From contig UYFQ01000510.1 of assembly GCA_900617105.1 (NCBI GenBank), positions 62,001 to 97,745 of the forward strand: a DNA stretch of 35,745 bases, in the 5' to 3' direction. The DNA comes from Hydrurus foetidus. Taxonomy: Eukaryota. Positions 1 through 18,023 of this stretch are shown here, one piece after another. The notes beneath the pieces are model-generated. The model worked only from the letters and a program-made list of their open reading frames with translations, did not search any database and had not been told where the DNA came from. The translations under genes and the position numbers were made by a program. Each line of letters starts with the position of its first letter. The first letter of the stretch is position 1.

Positions 1-5
1 TCGGT

Positions 6-90
6 AGAATAGAATAGAATAGAATAAAAGAATAGAATAGAATAAAAGAATTGTATGGAATAAAAGAATAGAATATAAGAATAGAATAGA
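6..90. repeat. (TAGAA)n-type pentamer microsatellite, intronic
   Basis: Direct reading. Confidence 0.9.
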
Positions 91-293
91 TTGATTGACG
101 CAATCTCCCCTCTCCAATTATACGATAGATACGATATAATGTGACATGATGCGATGTCGTGTGGTAAAATGTAACTAGACGCGATGTGCCGTGGTGTAGA
201 CTGTATGTAGCAGTGACTGACTGACTGACTGAATTTGAGTGAGCTGATAAGATCAGCAACGCCAGGAGATGAGAGCTTGATATTAATCCAGTG

Positions 294-375
294 CAAGACA
301 AGACAAGACAAGACAAGACAAGACAAGACAAGACAAGACAAGACAAGACAAGACAAGACAAGACAAGACAAGACA
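294..375. repeat. (CAAGA)n microsatellite, intronic
   Basis: About 16 perfect units. Confidence 0.97.
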
Positions 376-418
376 GCGACAGGACAAGAAAAACAGAGAA
401 AACAGAACGACCACCTAC

Positions 419-4647
<4,229 letters not shown>

Positions 4648-5621
4648 CGACGGCACCTCTGCCCTCGTTGACAGATAACAAAACGGACTCCGAAACGTCG
4701 CTATCGAGTTAAGTCTTATTCAATTACCATTTGATCTGGCTGTGATACCGAAATTGAAATGAGAGTCCCAAAAATGAAAAATGAACCAGCTGTCAAGTGG
4801 ATGAGTTATCTGTACTCTCGATCTTGTACATTTTTCCGGATGAAAATACTATATCCTTGAGAATACCATATCATTTTTTGGGGATACATGTCTGCGTCAT
4901 GTATTCTCAATCAAAGAAGACTACTTGCGGGTTTCAGCATCGGAAGATTAGCTTGATGACATTAGATTATATATAAACGCTATATTTCAATGTCCACAAT
5001 TCATTCAAAAATCATTAATCGACGTCTTAAAACAATAATTAATGATAAAACTATAGAAAATTATTTAGCTACAAAGAAACTAGGTAAGCACGAACTGAAT
5101 TCAAGTAATCTATGGGAGATAGTAATTGAGTTTATGACTGGCCGACCTTGAAAATTCGAAACAGTATTCGCACAATATTTACAAATCCAATATTCCACCT
5201 CGTATCATACCGCTTCGAATCATCTAAATGTTGAAGGCTCACATCGAAGAACATTGATGCTCTTTGCCTCTCTCGCACTGACCGGAACTGGCATGAATTG
5301 GATTGAATTGGTGTGACATGAGCCGCATTGACGTGTGAATGGCTGGGATTGGATTGGATTGGGTTGGGTTGGATTGGGTTGCATGCTGTTCAGTGAGCAT
5401 ACTCGGCCCTAGTGCTGATAGAAGCTTTTTCTGGGGGTCCACACATGCCCCTGAATACATAGCACGGCTCGAACGACATGCACTGACTTGTATACTAATG
5501 TTGCTGACGAAGTGAGACCAAGTGACTGAGAAGTGCTCGAGGTGGTGGAAGAGTGAGTTTGTCACGAGATAAGACACAAGACACTGTAAGGCGATATTAC
5601 ACGACATGAATGGACTCGTCA

Positions 5622-5787
5622 TTACAAGAGAAAGCCCATTCCTATGCGGAATGCCTGTGCCGACTTCCCCGCCATGCAGTTCACCATGGCGCTTTCTGTA
5701 GTACCTAGGATCTCGAATTCCACAGCTGAGAGCAATTCCCTGACTACAGATAGATACAATTTCTCAAAAGGTGACTCCTGCAAATGA

Positions 5788-5839
<52 letters not shown>

Positions 5840-8800
5840 GAAAGAAAGAAAGAAAGAAGAAAGAAAGATGATTGAAAGTGTTAAGTCAGCTAGTGCCTGG
5901 ATCAAGTTTTGATAGCGAAGTATGAATCGAGAGTAACCATCTCATAGTACAGTAGGCATTGATAATAAATCAGGGTGAGTGGAATCCAAATGATGGGTGA
6001 GCACAAAGAATAACGCATCGCATCCGAGTTCTCAATGCATGAAGAACGTCATTTATCACCTTGAACTGATCAAGAAGCTTCCCTGAATGATCCGCCTTCC
6101 CACTAACACTCTCCGGAGATTTCTTGCATTTTTGCATGTAAAACAGCATCAGTAAGTCCACATAAATGTCCCTTGATATGGTGTGCGCCTCCCTCCTTGT
6201 TGCTTTGAATTTCATCCAGTCAGCTTCTTCATCCGCCTCTACTTCTAGCTCTGTCTCTGCCACTGGTTCATCGTCGGCTCCGTTGGAGTCGTTTACAGGA
6301 CCTCTATCAGGTCCACTAACTACTTCTTCTTTACTAGCACTAACAACCAGTACTGTGCCGTCCTTGCCCTCACCGTCATATTCCATTTCTTTTTTCGCTG
6401 CCTCTTCACGGGCATGATAAGCAGCGGCACTCTTCGCCTCATACACCAGCCATTCGTACTTCCCTATCTCTAAAATTGCTCTGCGCATACCCTCGGCAGT
6501 GCCGTCTAAAAACTCAGCTGCAGACTCCAGCCTAGTGCGTGGTAGTCTAGCAGGGGAGGAGGACTTGGAGGCGGGCTGAGGGGTGGAGCACACTGAGGCT
6601 GTAAGAGCGGCAGATATCTCCGGGCTCGCTGCAGAGGGCCGTCTCATCTTTATTGGGGTGGAGCTTGACCTGCTCCTCAGCATGGTCGCAAGAGAGGGGG
6701 AGGACACAGATCGGTCTGCGGGGGATAGAGAGGTAGATAGCGTTCTTGGCCTCCCGCTACTCGCTCTGTAGGCTATTCCGTTGGCAGTGCGGTGCGGCAT
6801 ATCGAGAGGGGTCTCGTTACATCGAGGGAAAACATCTGCGAGTTGCAGAGCTCCCGACTGAATGGCGTCTATGTCTAACGAAAAGGTAGTGGACAGTCTG
6901 TTCATTGCCTTAGGTGACAACTTAGTGAGGCAGCAGAACACCTTCCTCCTGACAATGCTCTCCCTCCAGCCTATGATTGTGGGGAGGTGCCACATGGGGG
7001 GAGGACTCGCAACTCCACCCACACCCACACCGACACTGACTCCGGGTCCGCGATCCATCCCTGTCCCCCCTATCCCCTCTTTCTGACTCGCTTGTCTCGT
7101 AGAATCCAACGATCCTGGCTCTGCAGTGACAAAATGACGCATTTCGAGAAGAGAGGAGATTTATGATAAGATGGGTGGTGGATGAGAGTGAAATACTAAA
7201 ATCAGTGTTTGCAAGAGTACCTACGAGACGCGTATGAAGATCAAGTTATTAGAGCGGCAACATCGTTACAGTAAAACGTACCGCTTTCTGTTCTGCCTTT
7301 GATAGTTGCTTGAGGAGGTGATGCTAGGAAGCCAGTGGGCACTATAAGTCGAGAGGAGAACCACAGGATGTTCCAGTACACAGCAGGGCGATGCACGTGC
7401 AGCCAACATGGATCAGCCACCCTCTCTCCTATGCGCTCCATTTGTTCCTCCAAAGCTAAACGGAGACCTTTAGGGCTGAGATGCGCAACGCTTTCTCTCC
7501 ACAGTACGTTCAGCTCTCCTGTCTGTTCTTGTTCCTTCAACATCTGGGATAGATGTCCTCGGAAGTTCTTACCCCCACTGGGAGGCACGAGAGGGGATGG
7601 CTGTGGGGAGGATGGGACAGCTGACCCGGGGGAGAGCATAGAAGAGGGGGTGGGAGTCCATTCTGCTACAGAGGTCAGGCGCGTAGAGTAGGGCGATGAA
7701 GGTTCAGGTGTTTGGGGAGGTACGTAGCCTGGGTTGAGCTCATAGCAGGCGACATGCAGTTGGGGGCAGTATCTGGCACTGCATGCGGGACAGCTGATGC
7801 AGTGGGCTGCTTCGATGTCGCTGCCTCGCATGTCGAACACGGAAGACACAGGCGGGGTGTCCGGTGCTTTTTCAAATAATGACGGAACTTGGGAGTGCTG
7901 TGACTGGTGAGGGAGGGGAAGGAAGGGACAGGTGAAATGAGTATGCAGTACAAAAGAAGCGGGGAGGATTGTGTGGTCATGCAGTATGTTACTTCATTAA
8001 CAGACATGACCGAATCACGGTTCATTAATGGCAGCCCTACATCAACATGAGCTGTGATGTGTCTTTTTGTCTGTCCCTCACCTCACTGCTCTCTGACAGG
8101 CCGGACCTTGCACCGCTGGACGGCATATCTGGGTCTCTCGGATCAGCTCCAGCCCATATAGCCATCACCTAATGTAATCGAGTTGAATGGAAGACGGTAT
8201 GGAGGGATAAGTTGGAATCAGTATAACTTCACGTATTCGGAAATATCCTTTCCCAGTTTGTTTCGTGCCGTACCTCTTCATCCAAGAGGGTGTGGGCGCA
8301 TAGTGGACATGGTGTGGCGCAGTGAATACCGACTGCACAGCCTTCTCTCACGAAAGCACTCGAGAAAGACGACAGTACGTCAGTTTGCATTGCGAGTACA
8401 TTCAGTCTCTTGACTGTAGGGGGGGTGGAGGGCTTGGACGTGATGACAGTAGAGGGGGTCAGCTGGGTATTAGGGGTGACTATCTCGGGACTTTCGTGTT
8501 GAAGTTGCTGTATGTGTTCGAGAGGGCTCTCACTGTCTACTAGGGCTGATGCCTGCTCAGGGGTAGAGCAGCGGTCGTCACTCATGGGACTTACAGCTCC
8601 CTTTTCTCTGTCCCTCTCCCTCTCCCTCTCTATCTCCATTTCCCTCTCTCTCTCTACTTCCCTTGCTCCATCTACAGGCTCAAGAGATAAATTGTTCTGT
8701 ACAACGGCTACGTGACTTGTGCCGTTCAAATTCTCACTCTCTGTAGCGTAAGGTGTGCCTATTAGGGATACCGTGTCAGCTGGACAGAAGAGCAATTCAT

Positions 8801-11800
8801 CTAAACTGACTACAGGGGTGGACGATGTCACTGTTCTCATGAACTCGAAGTCGGGTTCTATTTTGACTGATGACTTGATTGGATTGGATGGCCCCACACT
8901 GTGGAAAACTCCGCTCTCATCCTTTTCATCTGCATCAATGCGTGCGGGAGAATTCGTGTTCGATGGCACATCTGTGAATACCTCCGAATGTTCCGCAGCC
9001 ATCATCGCAGAAGAAGGACTACAACTGCCAGTGCGAGAAAGACTACAACTGCCAGTGCGGGAAATTCCTTCAAGACTGGATTCTGAGTGGCACGACTCTG
9101 TGGCTGCCTTCTTTTCGTCTTGAGGGAAGGAGTTGGCCTTGCGAGAGTTCTTCTCTTTGTTGCTCTCCTTGATTCTAATAGAGGCGGAGGAGGATCTTCT
9201 AGAGAGCAAATCATCATCGGAATCGTCTGCCTCATCATCGGAGAATCGGTTAGACACAGCAGATGCCTTCTTCTCCATAGTCTCCTCCTCTTCATCTACG
9301 TCAGCATACGGATTGACAACATTCGATAATGGGACCTCAGGGGCTAGCTGTGGACTACAGATGGCAGAAAAGGTTTGAGGAATATTCGTAGAGTTCGTTC
9401 CGGTGAGAGGAAAGAACATGTTCTCAACCATGTCTTTCATTTTATCCTTCTCTTTCGTCTGAAAGGGATTCTGAAATACAGACCGCGTCATACTCGACAT
9501 GCGGCTAAGACTAGCAGATCCAAATTTTGGCGACTGCGCTGGTGTTGATCCAAGTGTGTCGGATATTATGAGATTGTCTGGTACGGGGGACTGCAGCTTG
9601 ACTATGTTCTGCAGCACTTCAACAGGAACAGGAGCAGTGCCGGTAGACCGTCTAGGGGCGGTGCTGCCCCCTATCAAGATGTTGCCGTAATGCTTCACTG
9701 CAGAGGCAGCGGAGGAGGAACCTGACACAGCAGCCACTAGAGCAGAAGACATGTACGCACTGCTGCGACTCTCGTCATCGCGTATGCTTGATTTCGCTTC
9801 TATACTATCGTTAGATACCGTGCTTGCTCCTGGTCCAATCAGATCCTTCAAAGCTTCAGAATTGACGTCCAATCCTAAATCGCACGCAGACACACTTTCA
9901 GCGTCCTCTTCCTCTATCCTATTGTCTACGCACTGGTGCTGATTCGGCTTGTTGGGGGAGTTACTGCTTTTTCCCTGGCACGACAAGGCGCGGTTGTTCT
10001 GCCATGTAGGAGGCGGATTCGATTTATAGTCCAGCATGAGTTTGTTGACGCGACTAGACAGCTCAAGGGACAGTTCATCTATGTCATCTGCAGGTTGGAA
10101 TGATTTGGCATATCTGGGTGTAGCCGATACGAACACCCCCGGGGGACAAAGAAGGGCGTATACCGCCTCTGGCCGTATGAGCCCTAATTGAGCAGCAGTT
10201 ATCACAGCTGCATCCGATGCACCCGTTGTCTCTAGACCGACCCCTATTCTACTGCTGGCTCTACGCCGACTAAAATTGACAGTAGTCCTCTTTTTCCTGC
10301 TGAACATGGTCGACAACATTCCACTGCTCTTTGAGGGGTGGTTTCTGGGCTCAGGTATCGAGATGTCAGCTTGTACCTGCTCGATGACTGCTGATCTTTT
10401 CTGAAACCACGCCAATCCAATCTCTTCGAGGAACAAGAACTGATCGATTTGCTGGCCATGGGGACTGATTTCATGCACATACTTGGTGGCTGCGAGTGCT
10501 CTTGTGTATGACCCGTAGGTCAAGGCGTCAGGAGTTATCCCACAGGCAGTCAGGGAATCGAATATTACACATGCCACCTTCCGCATGACGTCACCCCCTG
10601 TGCTGGCACATGCAACGAGCAAGGTGCGCCAGACGGTTTCATCGAACAGGGGCAGCATACCCATGCTGTCTGCTTGGGCGAGGATACCAAGGACTTGCAA
10701 CATGTCACACACAGGTTTCGCTTCATGTAACGTACGTGTGCACAGCAGCAGCAACGAGACGCTGAGCACCTCCAGCACTGCGCCTACCACTTCCTGCGAC
10801 TCCGCTGCTAGAGAGGCAGAGGTGCTATTTGCTAGTAATGCTCTGAGACTGTTCTGCGATGAGTGGCTGGCAGGGGAAGAGTTCCGAGGAGTAATTGCAG
10901 TCACGGAGTCGTTGTCATTACCGCCCCTCTCATTCATGACGATGCTTCTGTAGCAAGCCCACTGCTCAGTGGGTGCGCGGAGGAATAACTGGATATTCCG
11001 ATTAATCTAATGATGGAAGAATAAACATCATGTGAGTAAATATGACAGAAAATTGATTGCTTATAGCACAGATAAATGGTCATTGGTAAGAGTAGATGGC
11101 GATTCTCATCTTACCATTTGCAGTGCGAATACCCTGGACTTCCTCAATCCCGACAATCTTGTATGCACTGACCTCCTCGCAAGTTTGAGCAATTTAGAAT
11201 GCAGAACAGGCCATCCTATTTGATAGGTGAAACGTCCTTCACTATCTCGCTCTACATCAGACTCGTACTCAACGTCACCGCAGTCTTCAGTGTAGGAATT
11301 GTTGTTCTGCTCGGATCTTAGGGACACTAGTGCCATGAGGTAGTTGACTTCCTCGTGATTCAATGGACTCGCTCCGAATTCCGCGATGGCTCTGCTGTAT
11401 AGAGTGGGAGACACACTGTCATCATCGCTGACGTCAGTCGAGCAGGTGACCACGCTGTTGGTGTCGTCTACACGATCCGCGGAAAACGCGTCATGCGCAC
11501 TGTGCCGTCTGCCTGCACTAGCAGCATGAGGCAGTGAGTTGTGCAGCAGAGACCTGGAGGGACCGGGGATGATGAGGGGTCCTAGTGACCGGTCATGCAG
11601 TCTAAGATTAGCCCTTCTGTCCAACTCGTCTCTAGAGCCCACAACTCCCCTCTTTCTGGGTGTGTTAGTGATTCCCCCTAGGAAGGATCTCTTCGCTGAG
11701 TCGGCTTCCATTTCATCGAGAGCAATCACGAGACAGTCTAGAGGGGAGAGAATTTTCACAGCTTTCATTGAGTCTTTCTTGATGAATGGAGGACTGCCAG

Positions 11801-14648
11801 CGAATGACTTCCTCCTCGATGACTGCGATCTCATGGATGAGAAGTACTTCTTCTCCTCGGGCTTCCCATCATGGACACTGGACTGGTCTAACGAATCTCT
11901 GTATGAAGAAGGGCTATCGTTGCTCTCGCTAGGTGGATCCTTCTCCACTTCATTTGTGTGATAATATTTCCCATTAGCAGCTGCCCATGCCTTCGCAGCG
12001 AGTAACTTGTACAATGGAGCCACCATATCCGGGATGCTATTTGACGAATTGAAGGAGTTACCACTGAGATCCTTGAAGTTATGACCTCCTGCCTGCAGTC
12101 TGTGCTCCCTCATCAACTCCCCTGCCGATTCGAAGAAAACAAGAGAGTAATCACTCGCCTCAGACCTCTGCTGTAGTAATACTGCAAACATCTGTGTCTC
12201 CACCAACATCTCCAGTACAGGCCTTACTGTCGGTCCTGCGTCACTCAGATATTCCTCAACGGAGAACTCTTCCTTGAAAGTTCTGTACGTCTCAGCACTC
12301 ATGTCTTCCAGTGGCGGGATAATGTATTTCTGATAATTTCCGATCAGATCAGCCATGAAATTCATGAAGCAATCACGGATTTCCAGTGTTGGGAAGTTAT
12401 CCCATGATAAAGCCGTGACAGCTGCAGGCTCCTGTAAATCTTCATACGCTTGAAAATCAAATGCACTGTCAAATCGATCCAATCCAACAGTCTGAGGGCC
12501 TATACAGTAAGAAGTCGCTATGAGCTGCAGCTTTCTCTGCAGTCGTCTACGCGGCCCAGGAGGCAATGTATGTGCGAGATTATTTAGTGCTGCTGTGCTA
12601 AGAGGAGTCTCGACTGATTTCCCGTCATATTGGAACACGGCATTCGCAGATAGGTCGACTATGAAGGTCCCAGCAGTTAAGGAGTGGGTCCATTGAGTCT
12701 GCCTCACAGCTTTTCTGTCCCCAAAATGCTTGTCAACGGTGCTTTCAGTGACTTCCACATCATTGTCTTTGTCTTCGAACATGTGCAGACCGATCATAAA
12801 TCCCCCTGGGGCTTCTAATAGTCCGGATAGAACATCTGGCAGGCGAGAAACAAAGCAGGAGGACCACTTTAAGGGAAATAATAAACTGCGCAGCGTCTCC
12901 ATAGTTTCCGTGAGCAGAGTATTTGAACAGCACAGAAAGACCATTTTGCTTTCTCTGAGCATTAGAGCGAATACTGCAAGCAATCGGTCTACTGAGAGGC
13001 ATCGTAACGGAGCTGCGAAGTCGAGATCCATAGGAGGAAAAAATCTGATGCAGCATGAAGTGAAATTAGCTGCGATAGGCACACATCGTTTCTGTATGGC
13101 GTATCAAATTTAACATCTAGAGCTGATTTGTTACCTAGGTAGTGGCACTTCGAACTCAATTGCGTTCATGGCGCAGGAAGTGGACGAAATTAACGCAGCG
13201 TCTTGCACTACGTGAAACGGTCTACCGCCTGCCACCGGTAATGGTACCTGACCGACCACGGATGCGATGAAGAACTCAAGCGGACAGGGTAGGGAAGAGA
13301 GAGACATCGAGAATATCTGACACAAATATCTCCTCATAGCTCTGAATGAAATGTGTCAAAAGGTAAAAGAAGTCAAATCGTGAAAAAGAAGAACAGTACA
13401 ACCGAGTACATAAATTTCAATAGTGATAAGAAGTACGACATGCCGTACCTGTAAAATGGCATTCTAGAGACAACGCAAATTATCTTCGGGCAGAACACTG
13501 CAGTACTCTGAGGCATCACGAATTCCTAAGAAACATTTAGCACAGTAAATTCAGATGATGCTGCTGCTGCTTTTTGACAAAGACTTCTCTGAGCTTTGCT
13601 GACAGGGCGTACCTGACTCGATCCATACACCTCTCTAAAAACAACTTCTATTTCCTCTCTGGGGACAATTTCGTAGAATCTCAAGCACGCGGCATATCTA
13701 TGCATCCCTTTCGAATTCGTGAAGACAAAGCTGAAAAACACTGGCAGAGGAAATCTAATTGTTGAGCTGTAGCTGAGCCGCAAATCGTGAGGAAAGGCGA
13801 ACATAGGGAGCTCAACAACAGGCAGTGGGAATTCGTGCTGATCCTGTAGGATAGAAGAAAGACAGTCGTGAATTTACAGACCATAAAAAAATACAGCAGA
13901 GAGGATGAAGAGTTCCGTACCTTCTGCGGATATCTGTCAAGCGTAGTAGACTCGTACGATAGATCGCAAAGCCCCATGGCAGGTCTCTGATGATACGCAA
14001 GAACAAGTTTCGATGCTGTCTGAGATGTCTTCGCGGCTCTACCAGCTTCCTTCTGTGTGGACACTCTATCTAGAGAGACATAGCCTTCGGGTACCTCCTC
14101 ACCTTCGTTCGTGAGAACCACGCATATATCATCAACTAAAGGCTGGCCCTGAATGAATGCAACATCTGATGCATGCGCTCTTTTTACTGCCAGAACACCG
14201 ATATTTTCAATTTCAGCAAGAAACATTTTCGTCACGCTCCTGTCGATAAGCTCAAATCCAAGCGGAATGTTATCTCCCCTCCTTATCAACTTAATCTACG
14301 CATTATTAATATACTGCTTTTAGGTGTACAGTGCAAACAGTCAAAGATCCCAATAATATCATGTCTTACTTTTGTTATATGATCAAGTCGCCCCGACGCC
14401 CCACGTCGTCTAATTGCGATTGTGCTCCTTGAAGTTATTTGACGATTGTCTATGGAGCGATTAATCAGTTGCCAGGAACTGTCTGGCAGCTGCTCACCCG
14501 GATGAACAATTGCAATATCTGTGATCGCCTCATTCCATATCTCTGAGGGAGTTCTTAATTTATCATTTGTCCACAGGCTCTCAAATGATTTGCAGATAAG
14601 GGATTTCCTTCCAAGAGTGGCAAAGTAGTCAATCACATTAGATGCCAT
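5622..14648 (-). CDS. DENND4: DENND4/Crag-like Rab guanine-nucleotide exchange factor (MABP-like, uDENN/cDENN/dDENN, PPR, conserved C-terminal region), 11 exons
   Basis: Phase-consistent exons 14648-14370, 14295-13921, 13843-13613, 13525-13449, 13341-13135, 13044-11115, 11006-8274, 8168-8082, 7897(or 7903)-7282, 7120-6060, 5777-5622 (TAA). Motifs: N-terminal 'IDYF...AITDIAIV...PLGFELIDRS' (MABP-like); 'LDRYPQK|DQHEFPLP..LPMFAFP..FSFVFTN....YAACLRFYE' (uDENN); 'LMLRESKMVF...LRSLLFPLKWSSCFVSRLP..LLEAPGGFMIG' (cDENN); 'ETQMFAVLLQQR' (dDENN); PPR 'FDETVWRTLLVAC...GITPDALTYGSY'; C-terminal 'CPACSARYCPQL...HLSPKGLRLALE...PAVYWNILWF..RL.VP'. Confidence 0.88.
5786..5867. repeat. (GAAA)n microsatellite next to the last acceptor of the DENND4-like gene
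   Basis: Reads (TTTC)n on the sense strand, just upstream of the acceptor AG at 5779-5778. Confidence 0.95.
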
Positions 14649-14751
14649 CGATAATCCAAGAAAACTTTTTTTTATATCGATTTATTGTGCTACTTTGTTC
14701 ACGAAACTGTTCCTCCTGTAGATTTTAACATTGTTCTTTCCGTAGAGATGG

Positions 14752-15074
14752 ATGATTTCAACCATTAAGAGAACGAATTCAGCAACAAATTCACTCAGCG
14801 GAACTCATGGGACTCTTGGTCATTTCCCACGACTCTTTATCAACTTTAAATCCGATACACTGAACAGAGTATTCTTCAACAGCCGTACTGGTGGGAAACT
14901 TGATCGCGCTATCTATCGAGGTGGAGGTGTACACCTTCCGCGCCCGCGTCCCATTCGAAATCGAGAGGAACCGAAGACTCCGCACCGTGTAAGAACTGAG
15001 ACGCAGTAGTTATGTAACCACTGATATATGACAAATGACAAATCTTATTTATTACTTCTCAGCAGGATTACTGA
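14752..15074 (+). CDS. Possible small hypothetical protein divergent from the DENND4-like gene
   Basis: 85-aa ORF from ATG 14752, with a plausible donor (CGT|gtaaga, 14989) and acceptor (ctcag|CAG GAT TAC TGA). No recognisable domain; half lies in the duplicated segment. Confidence 0.25.
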
Positions 15075-15324
15075 GTTACTTTGAGGAATCAAATCTCATC
15101 GATGATTGTGATGTATATGTTAGCAACCAATTACTTATTATTCAATTTATTATGTATTTATTTTGAGACGTTCAAGTCAATATGTAGCACTGCAAACAGA
15201 CATAAAAGGCGGCGAGCATAACTTCATCAGAGGTTGTTTACTTTTTATTCATTTGTTGGAAGTACTGCGTAGTTAGGACATACTATGGCGTAGAGTCAAG
15301 ATATTTAGTACGTCATTCCATGTG
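14913..15324 (+). repeat. ~410 bp direct repeat, copy A (partner 19027-19438)
   Basis: Near-identical to 19027-19438 at constant offset 4114, with a few substitutions and no indels. Confidence 0.95.
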
Positions 15325-15325
15325 G

Positions 15326-15431
15326 AAAAAAATTCAACATCATCACCAGAAAATGGCATCCTCATTCAGCCTTGTCTCATGAATTAAACATATCCACCCG
15401 TCTTCTTTATCGATTCAACAATCTCACAGAA
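15326..15431 (-). pseudogene. 106 bp copy of the 3' end and 3' flank of the PH-domain gene (20542-20647)
   Basis: aaaaaaattcaacatcatcaccag...aatctcacagaa matches 20542-20647 and includes the last codons (...CEIVESIKKTGGYV*). Confidence 0.9.
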
Positions 15432-16052
15432 CCCCCCAAATTTGGGTTGACCCGAGTGAGAGGCATGTTAGAGATTTGAAGAGTGTCACTGGTTGTGTAC
15501 GCGTCTTCACGGTAAAGAACATGCATGTTAGTCAGTCAAATCTATAAATTGACTTACTCTGGATATAGAGTGCTCTTGAAGATAAAGACTGGTCGATGTT
15601 CAAAATCAAGATATTAATTATATTTTAGGTATGTGAACAATTATCTTGCATCGCTACTTCATTGCTTAATTTACTACGATTTTGTTGAACTTGAATAGCT
15701 AGAGCCAGAGTATGTGTTAAGTGAAACATGGAGTTGAGTAACATTGATCGATATCAAAGCATCAGTTGTTTGATGGGGTGCAAACCAACGCGTGGCGATG
15801 ATGCAAATGCTACCCTTCTATATTCGTGGCGTTCAAAAGAAGGGTTTCCTATCTATACGTGAAATAAATGAAAATGTAAATAATATCGCAGTAAATGGTC
15901 TAACTATGGCGAGTTGCAAAGCTTAAATCTTGCTACAATCCGGTCACCAGTAAATAAAAATTAATACATGCAGTTGTAAATTCTTTTTAAATATTCAATA
16001 TTTTAAGTTGTCCATACGTACATACGTCGGCTTGAACATATTTGTTCTTTGT

Positions 16053-17743
16053 CTATCTAATTAGTTCGTCGATTGGCAGTTGGTCCTCTTCTGGCAAAGC
16101 CACATGCAAGTTGTTGATGTACATCGAATACTCGAGACACTCCTTGGGAATATTTGTGTTCACACCGTGTGCCTCATCGTCAACGTAAACTTTCACTTCC
16201 TTCCCTGGATTTCGTTTTCTCTTCCAGTCGAGAAAGAGATCCCTGTCGGCAGTGCAGTCCTTAGGTACGTAGTCGAGAATAGTTTGAATCGTAAAATTTC
16301 CCTGCTGTGATTCATGGAGCTGGGTAAGTATAGCATTGCGGTATGTCATGTTTCTGTAAAAAACTGTATTTTTGAAACCACCATTAGGAAACATGTGATT
16401 CTTCTCGTGATACCGCATGCCCAGTATTTTCTCGTTCTCATCATATGTATCGGCATAAAATGGCAACGATTCATTCAGCTTTCCTTTCTTCCATATCAGC
16501 TCGAATAATGTGTCGTACTTCATTCCCTTGGTAAATCCTTTATGCCACAGCACAACAGTGTCATCGTATCCTTTGCCATCAGGTGGATGACCGGAATCGC
16601 CATACATTTTGATGTCGACAACTTCTGTCGAATGCATCCATGTGTACAGTCCAAGCCCTATGTCGTGCGTTACACCCCACCCCGCACAGACACGCACTAG
16701 CCCGCCCTGAGCTAGAGTATCTTCGAAGCGCCTCACAGCACCTATTGAGAACCCGCCCCAGCTCATCCACTAGTGGAAGATTCGTTGATGGCAGTCAGTG
16801 AGTCTCATGCATAGGTAACGATAATCATGCTCAGACACACGGTCTTTCACAAGTTCATCGACAAGAAGTAGCTAGCAAATGCACTTACCGGCACTCGAAA
16901 CATACAGGAGCTGCGGCAAACGCCCTGACGGAATAGCCCCATCTTTGGTCTTTCCGTAGAGTTGTGCCCATGACCGGTCGGCATTACTTCGAAATCAGAG
17001 GAAGGCACGAGGGCATATTCTTTATCGTGCGGAAGAGCTGGAGTATCCAATATCGACTGCAGATAGTTGAGCCGAACGAAGTAATCGTCATCAGAGAACA
17101 TCACCCAGTTCGCGAATTTGTGACCCCGAGTGACGTGGGACTTGTGAAGTGCCGAGTAGAAGAGAAGCGCTCCCTCACAACGACAACAAGGCCCATCAGC
17201 GCCAGCGTATGACCCGAGACAGTGAGGCAAATGCAGAACGTTTATCTCCTCCTGACCACTGCCACATTTCAGGAGCTCGTAGCTGAGCGGCTTTAGGTGA
17301 TGATCTTTTAAAGCGGCCCTCGTGTGATCAGTCATAAATCTGCAGTAACTGGTATTTTTTAGTACTCTGTCCTCAGGCCCTCCACTCCCTGTGACGATGT
17401 AAAATGTTTCAGCCTGACGAGCCCTGCATTGCAAGAGTTGTCGATGATGAGTCCCTAGTCTCAAAGCAATATGATGCAGTGTTTCTTACCATGTCATCCT
17501 TGAGGCGACAGCTCTGTCATAATACATCTGAGTAGAGGTAACGCGTTCACCAAATTGCTCAGCATCTCTCATCGTGCCAAGGATAAACACGGCGATGCCG
17601 TGGACTTTGCTACCCGAGTAAGCATACTTGCCAGCGGCTGATGCTTCGAAGGCTTTGTCATCAGGGGTCAAAAGGTTATTCTTTAGTGAATAGGTAAAAC
17701 CAGCAAATACGAGACTCGACAGAATTTGAACGGTGAGTTTCAT
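16053..17743 (-). CDS. Secreted/Golgi GT-A glycosyltransferase, GT31/Fringe-like; 3 exons
   Basis: Exons 17743-17490, 17423-16889, 16769-16053. N-terminal signal peptide MKLTVQILSSLVFAGFTYS. Also 'RAVASRMTW|ARQAETFYIVT', the DxD motif 'WVMFSDDDYFV', 'MSWGGFSIGAVRR' and 'HDIGLG', in the order expected for GT31/Fringe enzymes. Confidence 0.72.
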
Positions 17744-18023
17744 TTTATCCGCAGTGCACGTCGAAAATTGCGGTTTGTGTCGGATATCCCGCGAACAAGC
17801 TTCCGCGATCGAACTGTCCACTTTTCGCTGACCTTCCTTCAATTGCTACTTCTGTGATACAATTTTCAAAATAGACTGATTACGACCGATGTGAAATATT
17901 GAAATATTTATGTCTACCAGCTACCAGGTCTACAATCTACAATAAAAAGTACCCCACTCCCAAACGAAATTTTCGTGGTCGTGGTGTTGACTTTGGGCAA
18001 AGGACTGAAATAAAGAGGACAAC

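Noticed and set aside
9017..9062. 24-nt coding tandem duplication (SRTGSCS x2) and the GA-rich ER repeat near 8600-8660
   Set aside because: Ordinary slippage in a disordered linker of the DENND4-like protein.
14807..14992. In-frame TGA read-through (selenoprotein-like) in an alternative plus frame
   Set aside because: No redox motif context and no recognisable SECIS.
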